From: an uncultured Candidatus Saccharibacteria bacterium | GTDB lineage: Bacteria; Patescibacteriota; Minisyncoccia; Phycocordibacterales; CALRHW01 | Reading direction: 5' to 3' | Assembly (NCBI GenBank): GCA_964407105.1 | Contig: CAYOUG010000003.1 | Span: 8,393 to 72,392, forward strand | DNA: 64,000 nucleotides | Part shown: piece by piece, positions 1 through 8,486 of the stretch | How the letters are laid out: each line of letters opens with the position of its first letter | How positions within the stretch are numbered: the stretch's first letter is position 1 | Program-made: the position numbers and the translations under genes | The notes under the pieces: model-generated | Database searches by the model: none | Seen by the model: the letters and a program-made list of their open reading frames with translations, nothing else | Told to the model about the DNA's origin: nothing

Positions 1-15
1 TCTTAAAATTTAATT

Positions 16-1248
16 TTATTTCATTGTTCCCAAAATACGCTCCAAAGCAACAATATAAGCCGCATTTCTAAATGATGTGTTGTACTTGTTTTTTGTATTT
101 TTCAAATCATTAAACGCCGAAACCATAAGTGTATCAAGTTTTTTTAAAACATCCTCTTTTGTCCATTTTTCATTGTGCATATTTTGATACCACTCAAAAT
201 AACTTGTTGCTACTCCGCCGCTGTTTGCAAGAATGTCTGGTATTACAATCACCCCATTTTTTTCAAATATTTGATCTGCGACATCTGTTGTGGGTCCGTT
301 TGCCATTTCAATAATAAGTTTTGTTTTTATTTTTTGAGCATTTGCCTCTGTAAGTACATTTTCAAGGGCTGAGGGAACAAGAATATCAACATCGAGAGTA
401 AGAAGTTCTTCATTGGTAATATTTTTTGTACCAGTTAGCCCAGAAAGTGAACCTGTGGCTTTTTTGTGATTTTCCGCAACAACAACATCAATACCCGCTT
501 CATTATAAACACCACCCTTGCTGTCTGAAAGAGCTACCACCCTAAAGCCCTGTTTCATTACACTTTGAGCAAAATATGTTGCAACATTTCCAAAACCTTG
601 TATCGCAACAGTTTTTCTTGGAAAAGCAACCACTCCTCCGTTTAAAAGTTCTCGAACAATAAAACCACCACCAAAACCAGTAGCCTCTGTGCGACCCTCA
701 CTTCCACCATTTTTTATTGTTTTTCCAGTAAAAGTAGCGGGGGCTTTTTTGCCAATAATTTTCTCATATTCATCAAGCATGTATCCCATAATTACTCCAT
801 TTGTATTCACGTCTGGGGCGGGTACATCAAATTCTGGCCCTAAAATTTTATACATTTTTTGTACATATCCACGAGAAAGTCTTTCGATTTCACTCTCGCT
901 GAGTTTTTTTGGATCAACAATGATCCCACCTTTTCCGCCACCAAAAGGAACGTTCACCACCGCACATTTAAATGTCATCCAAAAACTTAATGCGCAAACC
1001 TCATTTAAATCTACTTGGGGATGAAAACGAATTCCACCTTTATATGGTCCACGAGCATTGTTGTGTTGGCTTCTAAAACCTTGAAAAATATGTTCACTTC
1101 CGTCATCCATTTTTATAGGAATGCTAACCTCAATATATCTATCCGTGTGTTTTAAACGCTCAATAAAATTTTGATTAAATTTTACAAGTTTTGTAGATTT
1201 TTCAAGTTGCATCAAAGCGTTTTCAAAAGGATTCAAATTTGTAGACAT
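16..1248 (-). CDS. gdhA: Glu/Leu/Phe/Val dehydrogenase (glutamate dehydrogenase)
   Basis: Motifs GPYKGGIRF, VPFGGGKGG, PAPDVNT, GFGNV Rossmann and EMANGPT. Start placed at MSTNLNPF (1248) rather than 1275. Confidence 0.93.
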   Translation of the reverse strand: MSTNLNPFENALMQLEKSTKLVKFNQNFIERLKHTDRYIEVSIPIKMDDGSEHIFQGFRSQHNNARGPYKGGIRFHPQVDLNEVCALSFWMTFKCAVVNVPFGGGKGGIIVDPKKLSESEIERLSRGYVQKMYKILGPEFDVPAPDVNTNGVIMGYMLDEYEKIIGKKAPATFTGKTIKNGGSEGRTEATGFGGGFIVRELLNGGVVAFPRKTVAIQGFGNVATYFAQSVMKQGFRVVALSDSKGGVYNEAGIDVVVAENHKKATGSLSGLTGTKNITNEELLTLDVDILVPSALENVLTEANAQKIKTKLIIEMANGPTTDVADQIFEKNGVIVIPDILANSGGVATSYFEWYQNMHNEKWTKEDVLKKLDTLMVSAFNDLKNTKNKYNTSFRNAAYIVALERILGTMK

Positions 1249-1416
1249 TATTTTTTTATTAAGATAGCTATACAATTATATATCACAAGCACTAGACTAT
1301 CCACACAAGATGTTTTATTCAGATTTAATTATTGTATAATTATTATTGTGTTGAGTTGAGATCTTAAACGGGTCGATCTCGATGTTATTAAGTTAAAAAA
1401 TAATTAAAATTATTGT

Positions 1417-1809
1417 ATGGCAAAGAAACTTGGTTTGGTATTAGGAATTGTGTTTGTTCTTATAGGCCTTCTTGGGTTTTTGAAAATGTCACTTGTTGGT
1501 CCAGAGGGTCTTTTTATGACAAACACGCTTCATGATTTGGTACATCTCATCACTGGTCTTATTTTCATTTTTGTAGCCATGAAATCTGTGGACAGTTTAG
1601 GTATTGTTTTCAAGGTTTTCGGTATTATCTACTTAGTGGTTGCGATACTTGGATTTATGGTTGGCGAAGGCATGGTTTTGGGTATTCTTAACGTAAACGG
1701 TGCAGACAACGTTCTCCATCTCATTCTTGGTGTTGTTATTCTTTTCTTTGGATTCAAATTTGGAAAGAAAGAAATGTCTTCAATGCCTCCTATGGGCGGA
1801 ATGCAATAA
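1417..1809 (+). CDS. 4-TM membrane protein, DUF4383-like
   Basis: Four hydrophobic segments; motifs NTLHDLVHL and NGADNVLHL are typical of DUF4383. Confidence 0.7.
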   Translation: MAKKLGLVLGIVFVLIGLLGFLKMSLVGPEGLFMTNTLHDLVHLITGLIFIFVAMKSVDSLGIVFKVFGIIYLVVAILGFMVGEGMVLGILNVNGADNVLHLILGVVILFFGFKFGKKEMSSMPPMGGMQ

Positions 1810-1831
1810 ATTTAAATATTAAAAATATTTA

Positions 1832-1861
1832 TTTAAAACCCCCCATTTGGGGGGTTTTAAA
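1832..1861. terminator. Bidirectional intrinsic terminator
   Basis: TTTAAAACCCCCC-ATTT-GGGGGGTTTTAAA perfect inverted repeat after the 1809 stop. Confidence 0.8.
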
Positions 1862-1881
1862 TTGTCTAAAACTAAATTAAT

Positions 1882-1920
1882 AAAAAATGCGGCGAGATCT
1901 CACCCTGAGACCTCGCCGCG
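1882..1920 (-). terminator. Intrinsic terminator of the GC-rich unit at 1.9-2.25 kb
   Basis: Minus strand reads CGCGGCGAGGTCTCA-GGG-TGAGATCTCGCCGCA followed by a T-tract. Confidence 0.8.
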
Positions 1921-1955
1921 TTGTTTTTTGTGGTTTTCACCACCCGTGTCAACAA

Positions 1956-2150
1956 CTACCTACCGTTTTTGCCGGCGTGTCGTCGTTGACAACTTTTCTT
2001 TGTAAGGTTTACCCCCTGCTGACTATCCGGCACAACGCCAGACGTGTGCACTCCCTGGAACACTGATCCGTTCAGTGTACTCAACACAGAACGATGGTTC
2101 CTTCGAGAAGTGCGCGATCGATCCCCGCCACGGCTTGGGTTGAGATGCAT
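1956..2150 (-). other. 64-aa orphan ORF or structured ncRNA (undecided)
   Basis: GGGAG 4 nt before ATG, between a promoter and a terminator. The transcript is dense in hairpins and the protein has no recognisable motif. Confidence 0.35.
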
Positions 2151-2220
2151 AAAGCTCCCACAAACCAATTTGCGACTGGATACTCACAGTCAGGACATTC
2201 CCAACTGGTTCCAATATGAA

Positions 2221-2249
2221 ATGCTAACACCGTCACCAAAAACGGTCAA
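2221..2249 (-). promoter_or_regulatory. sigma70-type promoter
   Basis: TTGACC-N17-TAGCAT with an extended TG on the minus strand. Confidence 0.65.
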
Positions 2250-2285
2250 TTAAAAACTGTTTATAAACTACTTAAATATCAGAAG

Positions 2286-3545
2286 TTATCTGCTACGAAC
2301 TGTTGTAGATTTTATGGGTGTAGGAGGTAAAAGTACATGTTCAGCTTTTACTGCAGTATCAAGACCGTTTCTAAAAAGCAAGAAGGCATCGCCATATGAT
2401 TGGGCATTAAATTTTGTATCACCATCAGCAACAAATTTTACAGCAGTATCAAGTGTAGTAGATGCAACAGTAATATCTTCAGCTTTTACTGATAGTGTGG
2501 TGGTGGCAAGAAGAGACGAAACCTTTTCGATTTGATCTGTAGCGTCTTTTCTTTTATCCTCAGCTGCTGTTTTTCTTGTGTTTGTATCAGTTAGGGTGGG
2601 TATTTTTGATTCTACTTCCTCTCGTACTTGTGCAGATACTTCAATATTTGCTTGAACAGTATTTACAATTTGTATAAGTTCATCTGTCGAATCGTTGTTG
2701 ATGATATTTTTTTCTGAATTATTTATATCATTTGATATTTCTGAAATTTCTTTTTTGTTTTCTATAACAGCACTATTTTTTGTTGACATCTCTTCTGATG
2801 TTTTTGTTGTTGTAGATAAAAAAGTCTCGTTGTCAGCAATATCAATATCGCTTGAATCAACCGGATCATTTGTCGTATTTATCTCTGTGTTTTTATTGGT
2901 TTCTTTTTGAGAGATATTATTTTTTAAGCTTTCGGCGTTGATAAGCTTTTCTTGTTCCTGATCTTGTACAATTTGTACAAGTGTTTTGCTGTGTTCTTTT
3001 AAAGATTTTTCAAAATTTTCACCTATATCAATAGCAGTTTTAAGATCATTTGCTGCTTCTACTGTAGCGATTTGTTCTTGAACTTTGTGAGCGTGTTTTT
3101 CAAAATTTTTCTTAATTATATCTTTTGATTCGGTATCAAGCTCTCCCATTACCGCAAGAGTTTTTGCTTCCTCAAGGCGATCACCTGCGCGCTTTATTTC
3201 AAAATATGCACGAGATTCTGCGCCAAAAGAAAACCAAGACTGAACTTCTTCGTTCACATTAACCTTTATAGTATAAAGTGCGTTGTTTGGAAGAGCACTT
3301 TGAGCTGCAAGAGATGTGGTTCCACCCACAACAAACACAATAGCAATAGAAAGTATCGCTAAACGTTGTGTGTGAATAAAATACGGAGACATTATGTGCA
3401 ACCAACCACGAGAAATGACTGGTTTTCTTTCTGGATTGTTATAAACATAAGCATCAACAACACTCCATAAGCTTTGCTTTTCGTCTTTCGACAAAACAAC
3501 TTCTTGTTTAAAGTCTTGTATTATTTTGTTAAATTTTTTCGTCAT
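2286..3545 (-). CDS. Putative membrane-anchored anti-sigma factor with DUF5667 domain
   Basis: Overlaps the 3' end of the ECF sigma gene; one TM followed by ALPNNALYTIK (DUF5667-like) and a low-complexity N/T/E/K-rich region. Confidence 0.7.
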   Translation of the reverse strand: MTKKFNKIIQDFKQEVVLSKDEKQSLWSVVDAYVYNNPERKPVISRGWLHIMSPYFIHTQRLAILSIAIVFVVGGTTSLAAQSALPNNALYTIKVNVNEEVQSWFSFGAESRAYFEIKRAGDRLEEAKTLAVMGELDTESKDIIKKNFEKHAHKVQEQIATVEAANDLKTAIDIGENFEKSLKEHSKTLVQIVQDQEQEKLINAESLKNNISQKETNKNTEINTTNDPVDSSDIDIADNETFLSTTTKTSEEMSTKNSAVIENKKEISEISNDINNSEKNIINNDSTDELIQIVNTVQANIEVSAQVREEVESKIPTLTDTNTRKTAAEDKRKDATDQIEKVSSLLATTTLSVKAEDITVASTTLDTAVKFVADGDTKFNAQSYGDAFLLFRNGLDTAVKAEHVLLPPTPIKSTTVRSR

Positions 3546-4047
3546 TCTTGTTGTATATTTTTTTTATTTTTTCCAAACCACGGTGAATTTTTACGGAAAC
3601 ATTGTTTGGTGATTCACCGAGTATCTCTGAAATTTCTTTTACACTTAATCCATCTACATATTGCATAAACAAAATATCACGATATGTTTCCGGAATATTG
3701 TTAAGTAATTTTAAAGCTTCGGCACCATCAATTTTGTTGTGTAAATCTTGCACTGTTTCCATTCCAATATCTGTATCAAAACCCTTTTCAAACATAATAT
3801 CGAGTGAAGTGGGTTTCTTTTTTCGATAATGATCTACTACAAGATTGTGTGCTGTGCGATATAAAAAAGCTCGCATATTGTTTATTTCTCCACCCCCCTT
3901 AATGTATTCCCATGTCTTGATGAATGTCTCTTGCACTATATCTGTAGATTCTTCTCGGTTGAGGGTTTTGAAATAGCAATACCTAAATAGGGCGTCGGTA
4001 TAGTCCTTGTATGAATTCAAAAATTGTGCTTCTTTATGTGAATCCAT
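3529..4047 (-). CDS. ECF-type RNA polymerase sigma factor
   Basis: Region 2 (DIVQETFIKTW, AFLYRTAHNLVVDHYR) and region 4 HTH (GLSVKEISEILGESPNNVSVKIHRG). Confidence 0.92.
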   Translation of the reverse strand: MDSHKEAQFLNSYKDYTDALFRYCYFKTLNREESTDIVQETFIKTWEYIKGGGEINNMRAFLYRTAHNLVVDHYRKKKPTSLDIMFEKGFDTDIGMETVQDLHNKIDGAEALKLLNNIPETYRDILFMQYVDGLSVKEISEILGESPNNVSVKIHRGLEKIKKIYNKNDEKI

Positions 4048-4053
4048 ATATAT

Positions 4054-4079
4054 GACGCAGACAAGCTACGTTTATTACA
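4054..4079 (-). promoter_or_regulatory. Putative ECF-sigma autoregulatory promoter
   Basis: TGTAAT-N16-CGTC ending 6 nt before the sigma ATG; resembles SigX/SigW/SigM-type promoters. Confidence 0.5.
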
Positions 4080-4137
4080 AGCATTATACATCATTTTAGC
4101 CCTTTAGATAAGGTTAATTTTGTAGTACACTACTATC

Positions 4138-5148
4138 ATGCAAAACCTTGGTAATGAAATTTTAAAATATAGCCTCGCGATTATTCTAAGCATTATTGGT
4201 ACCTTATTTGTAATACAAGGAGGATTATCTCCAAAAGATCCTAGTTTTTCTTTAATCAAAATCGTATTTCAATCAAAAGAGATGTGTTTTTCTGTTATAG
4301 GAATATTTCTTTGTTTTTTACTTATAGGAATATTAATTACATACGCAAGCTCCATCAAAGCAAAACTTAATGAGATGCGCAGAATAAATCGCGTACTCAA
4401 AAAAAAGGATGAGATAAAAACAAGATTTTTGGCTTTTGCGGCACACAATCTAAGAACTCCAGCCACCGCTTTACGTTGGAGTTTGAATGATTTTTTAAAA
4501 AATGAATACGGTCATTTAACAAAAGAACAACAAACATCAATACAAGAGTTGTATTCTGTGTCTTTAAATATGCTCAATATTATCGAAGATTTTTTGGATA
4601 TTAGTAAACTTGAATTACAAAAATTTGAAATTGGATTAAAACCCGTTTCTTTAAAAGACTTTAAAAAAGAGATATTGGAAGTAATAGAAGAATTTAGACC
4701 GCTGGCAAAAGAACACGATGTTGCTATAAGTAACTTATTTGATATCAACGAAGATGCGCGTATCCACATTGACCTTTCTCAAATAGTGCGCGTTATAGAG
4801 AATTTAATTGAGAATGCAATCAACTACACCCTTTCAAAAGGCACTATTTTAATAGATATTTCAAACAATAAAGAAAATATATCGTTTAGCATAAAGGACA
4901 CTGGTATTGGTATTCCAAAAGCAGAGCATCCAATGATTTTTGGTGAATTTTTTAGATCATCAAACGCCAAAAGACACAAAAGTACAGGAAGTGGTATCGG
5001 TCTATACTTGGCTAGAAAAATTATTGAGGCACACGGTGGTAAAATTAAATTTATATCAGAAGAAAACGTTGGTTCAACATTTTCCTTTACTCTACCAATG
5101 ATAAAAGAAAGTGAGCGTGAGGTAACAAACGTATTTAAAAAACTATAA
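4138..5148 (+). CDS. Sensor histidine kinase (2 TM, HisKA, HATPase_c)
   Basis: H-box AAHNLRTP, N-box NLIENAINY, G1 DTGIGI, G2 GSGIGLY. Confidence 0.92.
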   Translation: MQNLGNEILKYSLAIILSIIGTLFVIQGGLSPKDPSFSLIKIVFQSKEMCFSVIGIFLCFLLIGILITYASSIKAKLNEMRRINRVLKKKDEIKTRFLAFAAHNLRTPATALRWSLNDFLKNEYGHLTKEQQTSIQELYSVSLNMLNIIEDFLDISKLELQKFEIGLKPVSLKDFKKEILEVIEEFRPLAKEHDVAISNLFDINEDARIHIDLSQIVRVIENLIENAINYTLSKGTILIDISNNKENISFSIKDTGIGIPKAEHPMIFGEFFRSSNAKRHKSTGSGIGLYLARKIIEAHGGKIKFISEENVGSTFSFTLPMIKESEREVTNVFKKL

Positions 5149-5170
5149 GATATAGTTTTTTAAATTATAT

Positions 5171-5836
5171 CTATACTGTATTTTTAGCAAAACGACGAGC
5201 AACCAAAACTGCTAACACCAGTGTGATTGGTGTTAAAACCATAAAAAGCTTCGCAAGTGCCGTCATTCCTATTGTAATAACAATAAGATGAGTAAGAAGA
5301 CAGCAAAAAACAATACTACATCCACCACCAATACATTTTATTTTTGAAGCTGAATCATTTATCCGAAAACCCTGAAAAATCATATAAAAACCAGATAACG
5401 TTCCAGAAACAATAATCATATATATAGATGCAATATCCATCACCATCATTGGTTCGTAAGAATTTAAAAGCATAAAAGCAATCATTGCCCAACCAACCAA
5501 AAGTGCAACATAAAAAAGTGCTTTTCGCGTACCGTCATTTAAAATAGCACTAAGTGGAAATTTGAACACAAAAGCAGAACCGGTGACCGCTCCAAAAGAC
5601 CCCAAGTACATAAGTAATGGTAAATCCCAATACATGCTTGCGCCACCAAGAAGATGGAAAATAGACATACCCCCCAAAAATCCTAAAAATGCATTCATGA
5701 GTTCACTTCGGTCGTGTCGAAATGGACCGGTTAAAAGTACAACAGCCATAATAAAAAACACTATGCCAGAAAGCCACAACCAAAATATTGGCTCTGGTAA
5801 ATTTGTCATCTGCACCAAATCATTTCCGTAATTCAT
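5171..5836 (-). CDS. Stand-alone ~7-TM membrane protein (HisKA_7TM-like sensor?)
   Basis: About seven hydrophobic segments in 221 aa with no soluble domain; family assignment is inference. Confidence 0.6.
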   Translation of the reverse strand: MNYGNDLVQMTNLPEPIFWLWLSGIVFFIMAVVLLTGPFRHDRSELMNAFLGFLGGMSIFHLLGGASMYWDLPLLMYLGSFGAVTGSAFVFKFPLSAILNDGTRKALFYVALLVGWAMIAFMLLNSYEPMMVMDIASIYMIIVSGTLSGFYMIFQGFRINDSASKIKCIGGGCSIVFCCLLTHLIVITIGMTALAKLFMVLTPITLVLAVLVARRFAKNTV

Positions 5837-5893
5837 AAGAATAAATTTATAACTATAATGATTTATTATAACAAAGAAATTTAATATAAAAAA

Positions 5894-6460
5894 CTATCTT
5901 GTCTCATTATTTTTAAACAATTCGCGTCGATCTTCTTCTTCAAACTTATCGTAATGCTTTTTTTCAATATTCTTATTTAAAAAAACATCCTCTTGAGATT
6001 TTTCATGATTTTCAACCAAATCACCGTTTCCATTAAACCACTCACGAATTGCACTTATACTAAAATAAAATGATAATAAAAACATGACCGACAACACAAG
6101 ATTAATAGCAAAAAATATAAGACCATAGTCGGTAAAAACATCCACAGACTGAAAACTAGAAATTAATAAACCAAACATAGATACAATTGCATCAAGAACA
6201 ATTGTCCATTTGTATTTTTTGTTTGTAAACGCAGCAAGAAACACGAGGAGTACCACACTAAAAATAGATAGCGGTCGTAAAATTGATGAAATTTCGTTTC
6301 TAAAAAATGGCAACGTAACCACAATAAGTAAAGAAACAATAAGAAAAGTTCTTGAAACATTTTCACTTAAATAACCAATAACTCCGCGTATCTTTTTTAC
6401 TCGGGCAAGAGCTCGAAGTGGATAAAAACTAGGTGGATCATAGTCATCCCTTTCTGACAT
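5894..6460 (-). CDS. Hypothetical 4-TM membrane protein
   Basis: 188-aa ORF with four hydrophobic stretches and a charged tail; TATACT 6 nt before ATG. Confidence 0.75.
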   Translation of the reverse strand: MSERDDYDPPSFYPLRALARVKKIRGVIGYLSENVSRTFLIVSLLIVVTLPFFRNEISSILRPLSIFSVVLLVFLAAFTNKKYKWTIVLDAIVSMFGLLISSFQSVDVFTDYGLIFFAINLVLSVMFLLSFYFSISAIREWFNGNGDLVENHEKSQEDVFLNKNIEKKHYDKFEEEDRRELFKNNETR

Positions 6461-6495
6461 AATCTCAGTATATACCTAAAAAATAATTTGTGTAC

Positions 6496-6533
6496 AAAAT
6501 AAAAACGCCCCATCACTGAGGCGTTTTTATTTT
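6496..6533. terminator. Terminator hairpin
   Basis: AAAATAAAAACGCC...GGCGTTTTTATTTT inverted repeat. Confidence 0.75.
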
Positions 6534-6547
6534 ACTTAGAGTAGCGA

Positions 6548-7204
6548 TTATTTATTAAGAGCTGCTCGAGTAATATTTCCTACAAAACCAGTGTTCCAGA
6601 TACCGTGAGCTGCCTGATATGCTTGCACTGCTGCAAACGTAATAGGACCAAAGTATCCAGTGTTTGTTGGGAATGTAAAATATCCTTCTGCACGAAGTCG
6701 CGCCTGAAGTTCTTTTACATCATCACTCTTCAAACCTTTCCAAAGGTTACTTACAAATTTATGTGTTTCAACACCAAGTACAAGTCCTGAAACATTTTTT
6801 GCTTTTCCACCTTGTTTAGAACCACCGTTTGAACCGTTGTTTCCATTATCAACAACTTCTTCATTCACATCAGTTGATACTGTTGTGTTTGTGTCAGTTA
6901 TTGAAACACCCTCATCACCACCATTTGAAACAATGACAGTTGTGTTTGTTTTTGGAATAGAATCTACAACACCCCCAGAAACAGAAGTATCTTCTGAATT
7001 TGTATTTATAACAACACCACCAATAGGAGCGTCGACTACAATTACATCTTCAGAGACAGAAACGTCTCCTGGATTTGTGTTTGTAATAATAGAAACACCA
7101 ACAGTAACATCAGCCACAGTTGTTGGTTGTGTATCTTCTGTTGTTTGAGCGAACGCTGGAACTGCAAAGAGTCCAAACGCAAGCACAGTAATAATTGCTT
7201 TCAT
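6548..7204 (-). CDS. Secreted protein with C-terminal peptidoglycan-binding domain
   Basis: Signal peptide (MKAIITVLAFGLFAVPAFA), T/V/D-rich stalk and PG_binding_1-like DDVKELQARL...TGYFGPITFAAVQAYQ...GFVGNITRAALN. Confidence 0.82.
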   Translation of the reverse strand: MKAIITVLAFGLFAVPAFAQTTEDTQPTTVADVTVGVSIITNTNPGDVSVSEDVIVVDAPIGGVVINTNSEDTSVSGGVVDSIPKTNTTVIVSNGGDEGVSITDTNTTVSTDVNEEVVDNGNNGSNGGSKQGGKAKNVSGLVLGVETHKFVSNLWKGLKSDDVKELQARLRAEGYFTFPTNTGYFGPITFAAVQAYQAAHGIWNTGFVGNITRAALNK

Positions 7205-7331
7205 ATATTTTATATATTGGCCTTGTAGAGCCATATTTACTATTAAACTACAAAGCTGGGAGATTTAATAACCTCCAAACATTGTTCGAGCACCATAACA
7301 TATTTTCATTAAAAATGCAAGGGGTTTGTTG

Positions 7332-7404
7332 TGGACCCTATCGGATTCGAACCGATGACCTCCTCATTGCAAATGAGGCGCTCTACCAACTAAGCTAAGG
7401 GCCC
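7332..7404 (-). tRNA. tRNA-Ala(TGC)
   Basis: Full cloverleaf; anticodon arm CCTCA-TT-TGC-AA-TGAGG; G3:U70 alanine identity pair; GGTTCGAATCC T-arm; CCA not encoded. Confidence 0.96.
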
Positions 7405-7498
7405 GCACGCGCACATATTCAACGAAAATCAATTATAGGCAAAATAGCATATAAAATCAAGGAAAAAGTCTAACAAAAAATCAGATTAATTCCCCATT

Positions 7499-8479
7499 TT
7501 AAAAACCACGCATCGCAAGCAAAATCACATGATCAAGAAAATCTGAAAAACTACAATCAGCCACAGCAAGTGCCTTTGGTAAAAGTGAATCATTGGTAAG
7601 GCCAGGTAAAGAATTTGTTTCAAGAATATACACACCCTCCGGTGTTACAATAAAATCTGAACGAGAATAATGACGCAAACCAAGCACCTTGTGAGCCTGC
7701 ACAGCTATTTTCTGAATCATTGCTGTTTCTTCTTTACTAAAATTTCCAGGACATATTTCTTGAGACACACCACTATATTTTGCACCATAATCAAAAAAAG
7801 CACTTTTTTCTGGGGCAATTATTTCTATAGGAGAAAGAGCGTAAACCTCACCCCTATTTTGTGCGCTATCTAGCACGGCACACGTAGCTTCTTTTCCTTC
7901 AACATACTCTTCAACAAGCACTATATCTGAAAATTGAAACGCCAAAGATATCGCCTCACTAAACTCGGCCCAATCTGTCACAATCGAAACACCGATAGAC
8001 GATCCTGCAGTAGCAGGCTTTACTACGAGTGGTTTTTTGAGGTTTGCATAAATACCAAAAAGTCGAGATTGCGAAGCGTTATCTCGACGGATAATTTCAT
8101 GATAGGGAGTTTTCACATCATTATCTTTGTAGATTTTTTTTGAGAGATGTTTATTCATACCCACCGCTGACGCGTAAGCTCTTGAGCCAGTATACGGCAC
8201 ACCAAAAGTATCAAGTGTTTTTTGCACGGTACCATCCTCGCCGTATGCACCATGAAGTGCATTGAAAATGACATCTACGTGTTTTAAAACTCTGTGGGGG
8301 TCGCGCGGAAGTCCATCAACATGCCACGTACCAGAATTATCAATAAAAATATCTTTACCAAAATATTTTTCAGGTAAATTTTTAAGTACGTTAGCACCCG
8401 TTTTTAAAGAAACTTCATATTCGGGAGATGGTCCTCCACGAAGTACGCCCACTGTCACTTTTCCATTAAGCAAACTCAT
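7499..8479 (-). CDS. ddl: D-alanine--D-alanine ligase
   Basis: GGPSPEYEVSL, ALHGAYGEDG, VVKP..GSSIGV, FFDYGAKY, LETNSLPGLT; start at MSLLNGK. Confidence 0.95.
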   Translation of the reverse strand: MSLLNGKVTVGVLRGGPSPEYEVSLKTGANVLKNLPEKYFGKDIFIDNSGTWHVDGLPRDPHRVLKHVDVIFNALHGAYGEDGTVQKTLDTFGVPYTGSRAYASAVGMNKHLSKKIYKDNDVKTPYHEIIRRDNASQSRLFGIYANLKKPLVVKPATAGSSIGVSIVTDWAEFSEAISLAFQFSDIVLVEEYVEGKEATCAVLDSAQNRGEVYALSPIEIIAPEKSAFFDYGAKYSGVSQEICPGNFSKEETAMIQKIAVQAHKVLGLRHYSRSDFIVTPEGVYILETNSLPGLTNDSLLPKALAVADCSFSDFLDHVILLAMRGF

Positions 8480-8486
8480 AAAAATA

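Noticed and set aside
5171-5836. 7-TM protein as a microbial rhodopsin (LFMVL resembles bacteriorhodopsin helix G)
   Set aside because: There is no Lys after LFMVL at the Schiff-base position (no DxxxK or SxxxK) and no helix C RYxxW motif.
7499-8479. Ddl plus VanY as a vancomycin-resistance system
   Set aside because: The Ddl omega loop has Tyr (FFDYGAKY), typical of D-Ala-D-Ala ligases. The genes are about 47 kb apart and no vanH/vanX is present.
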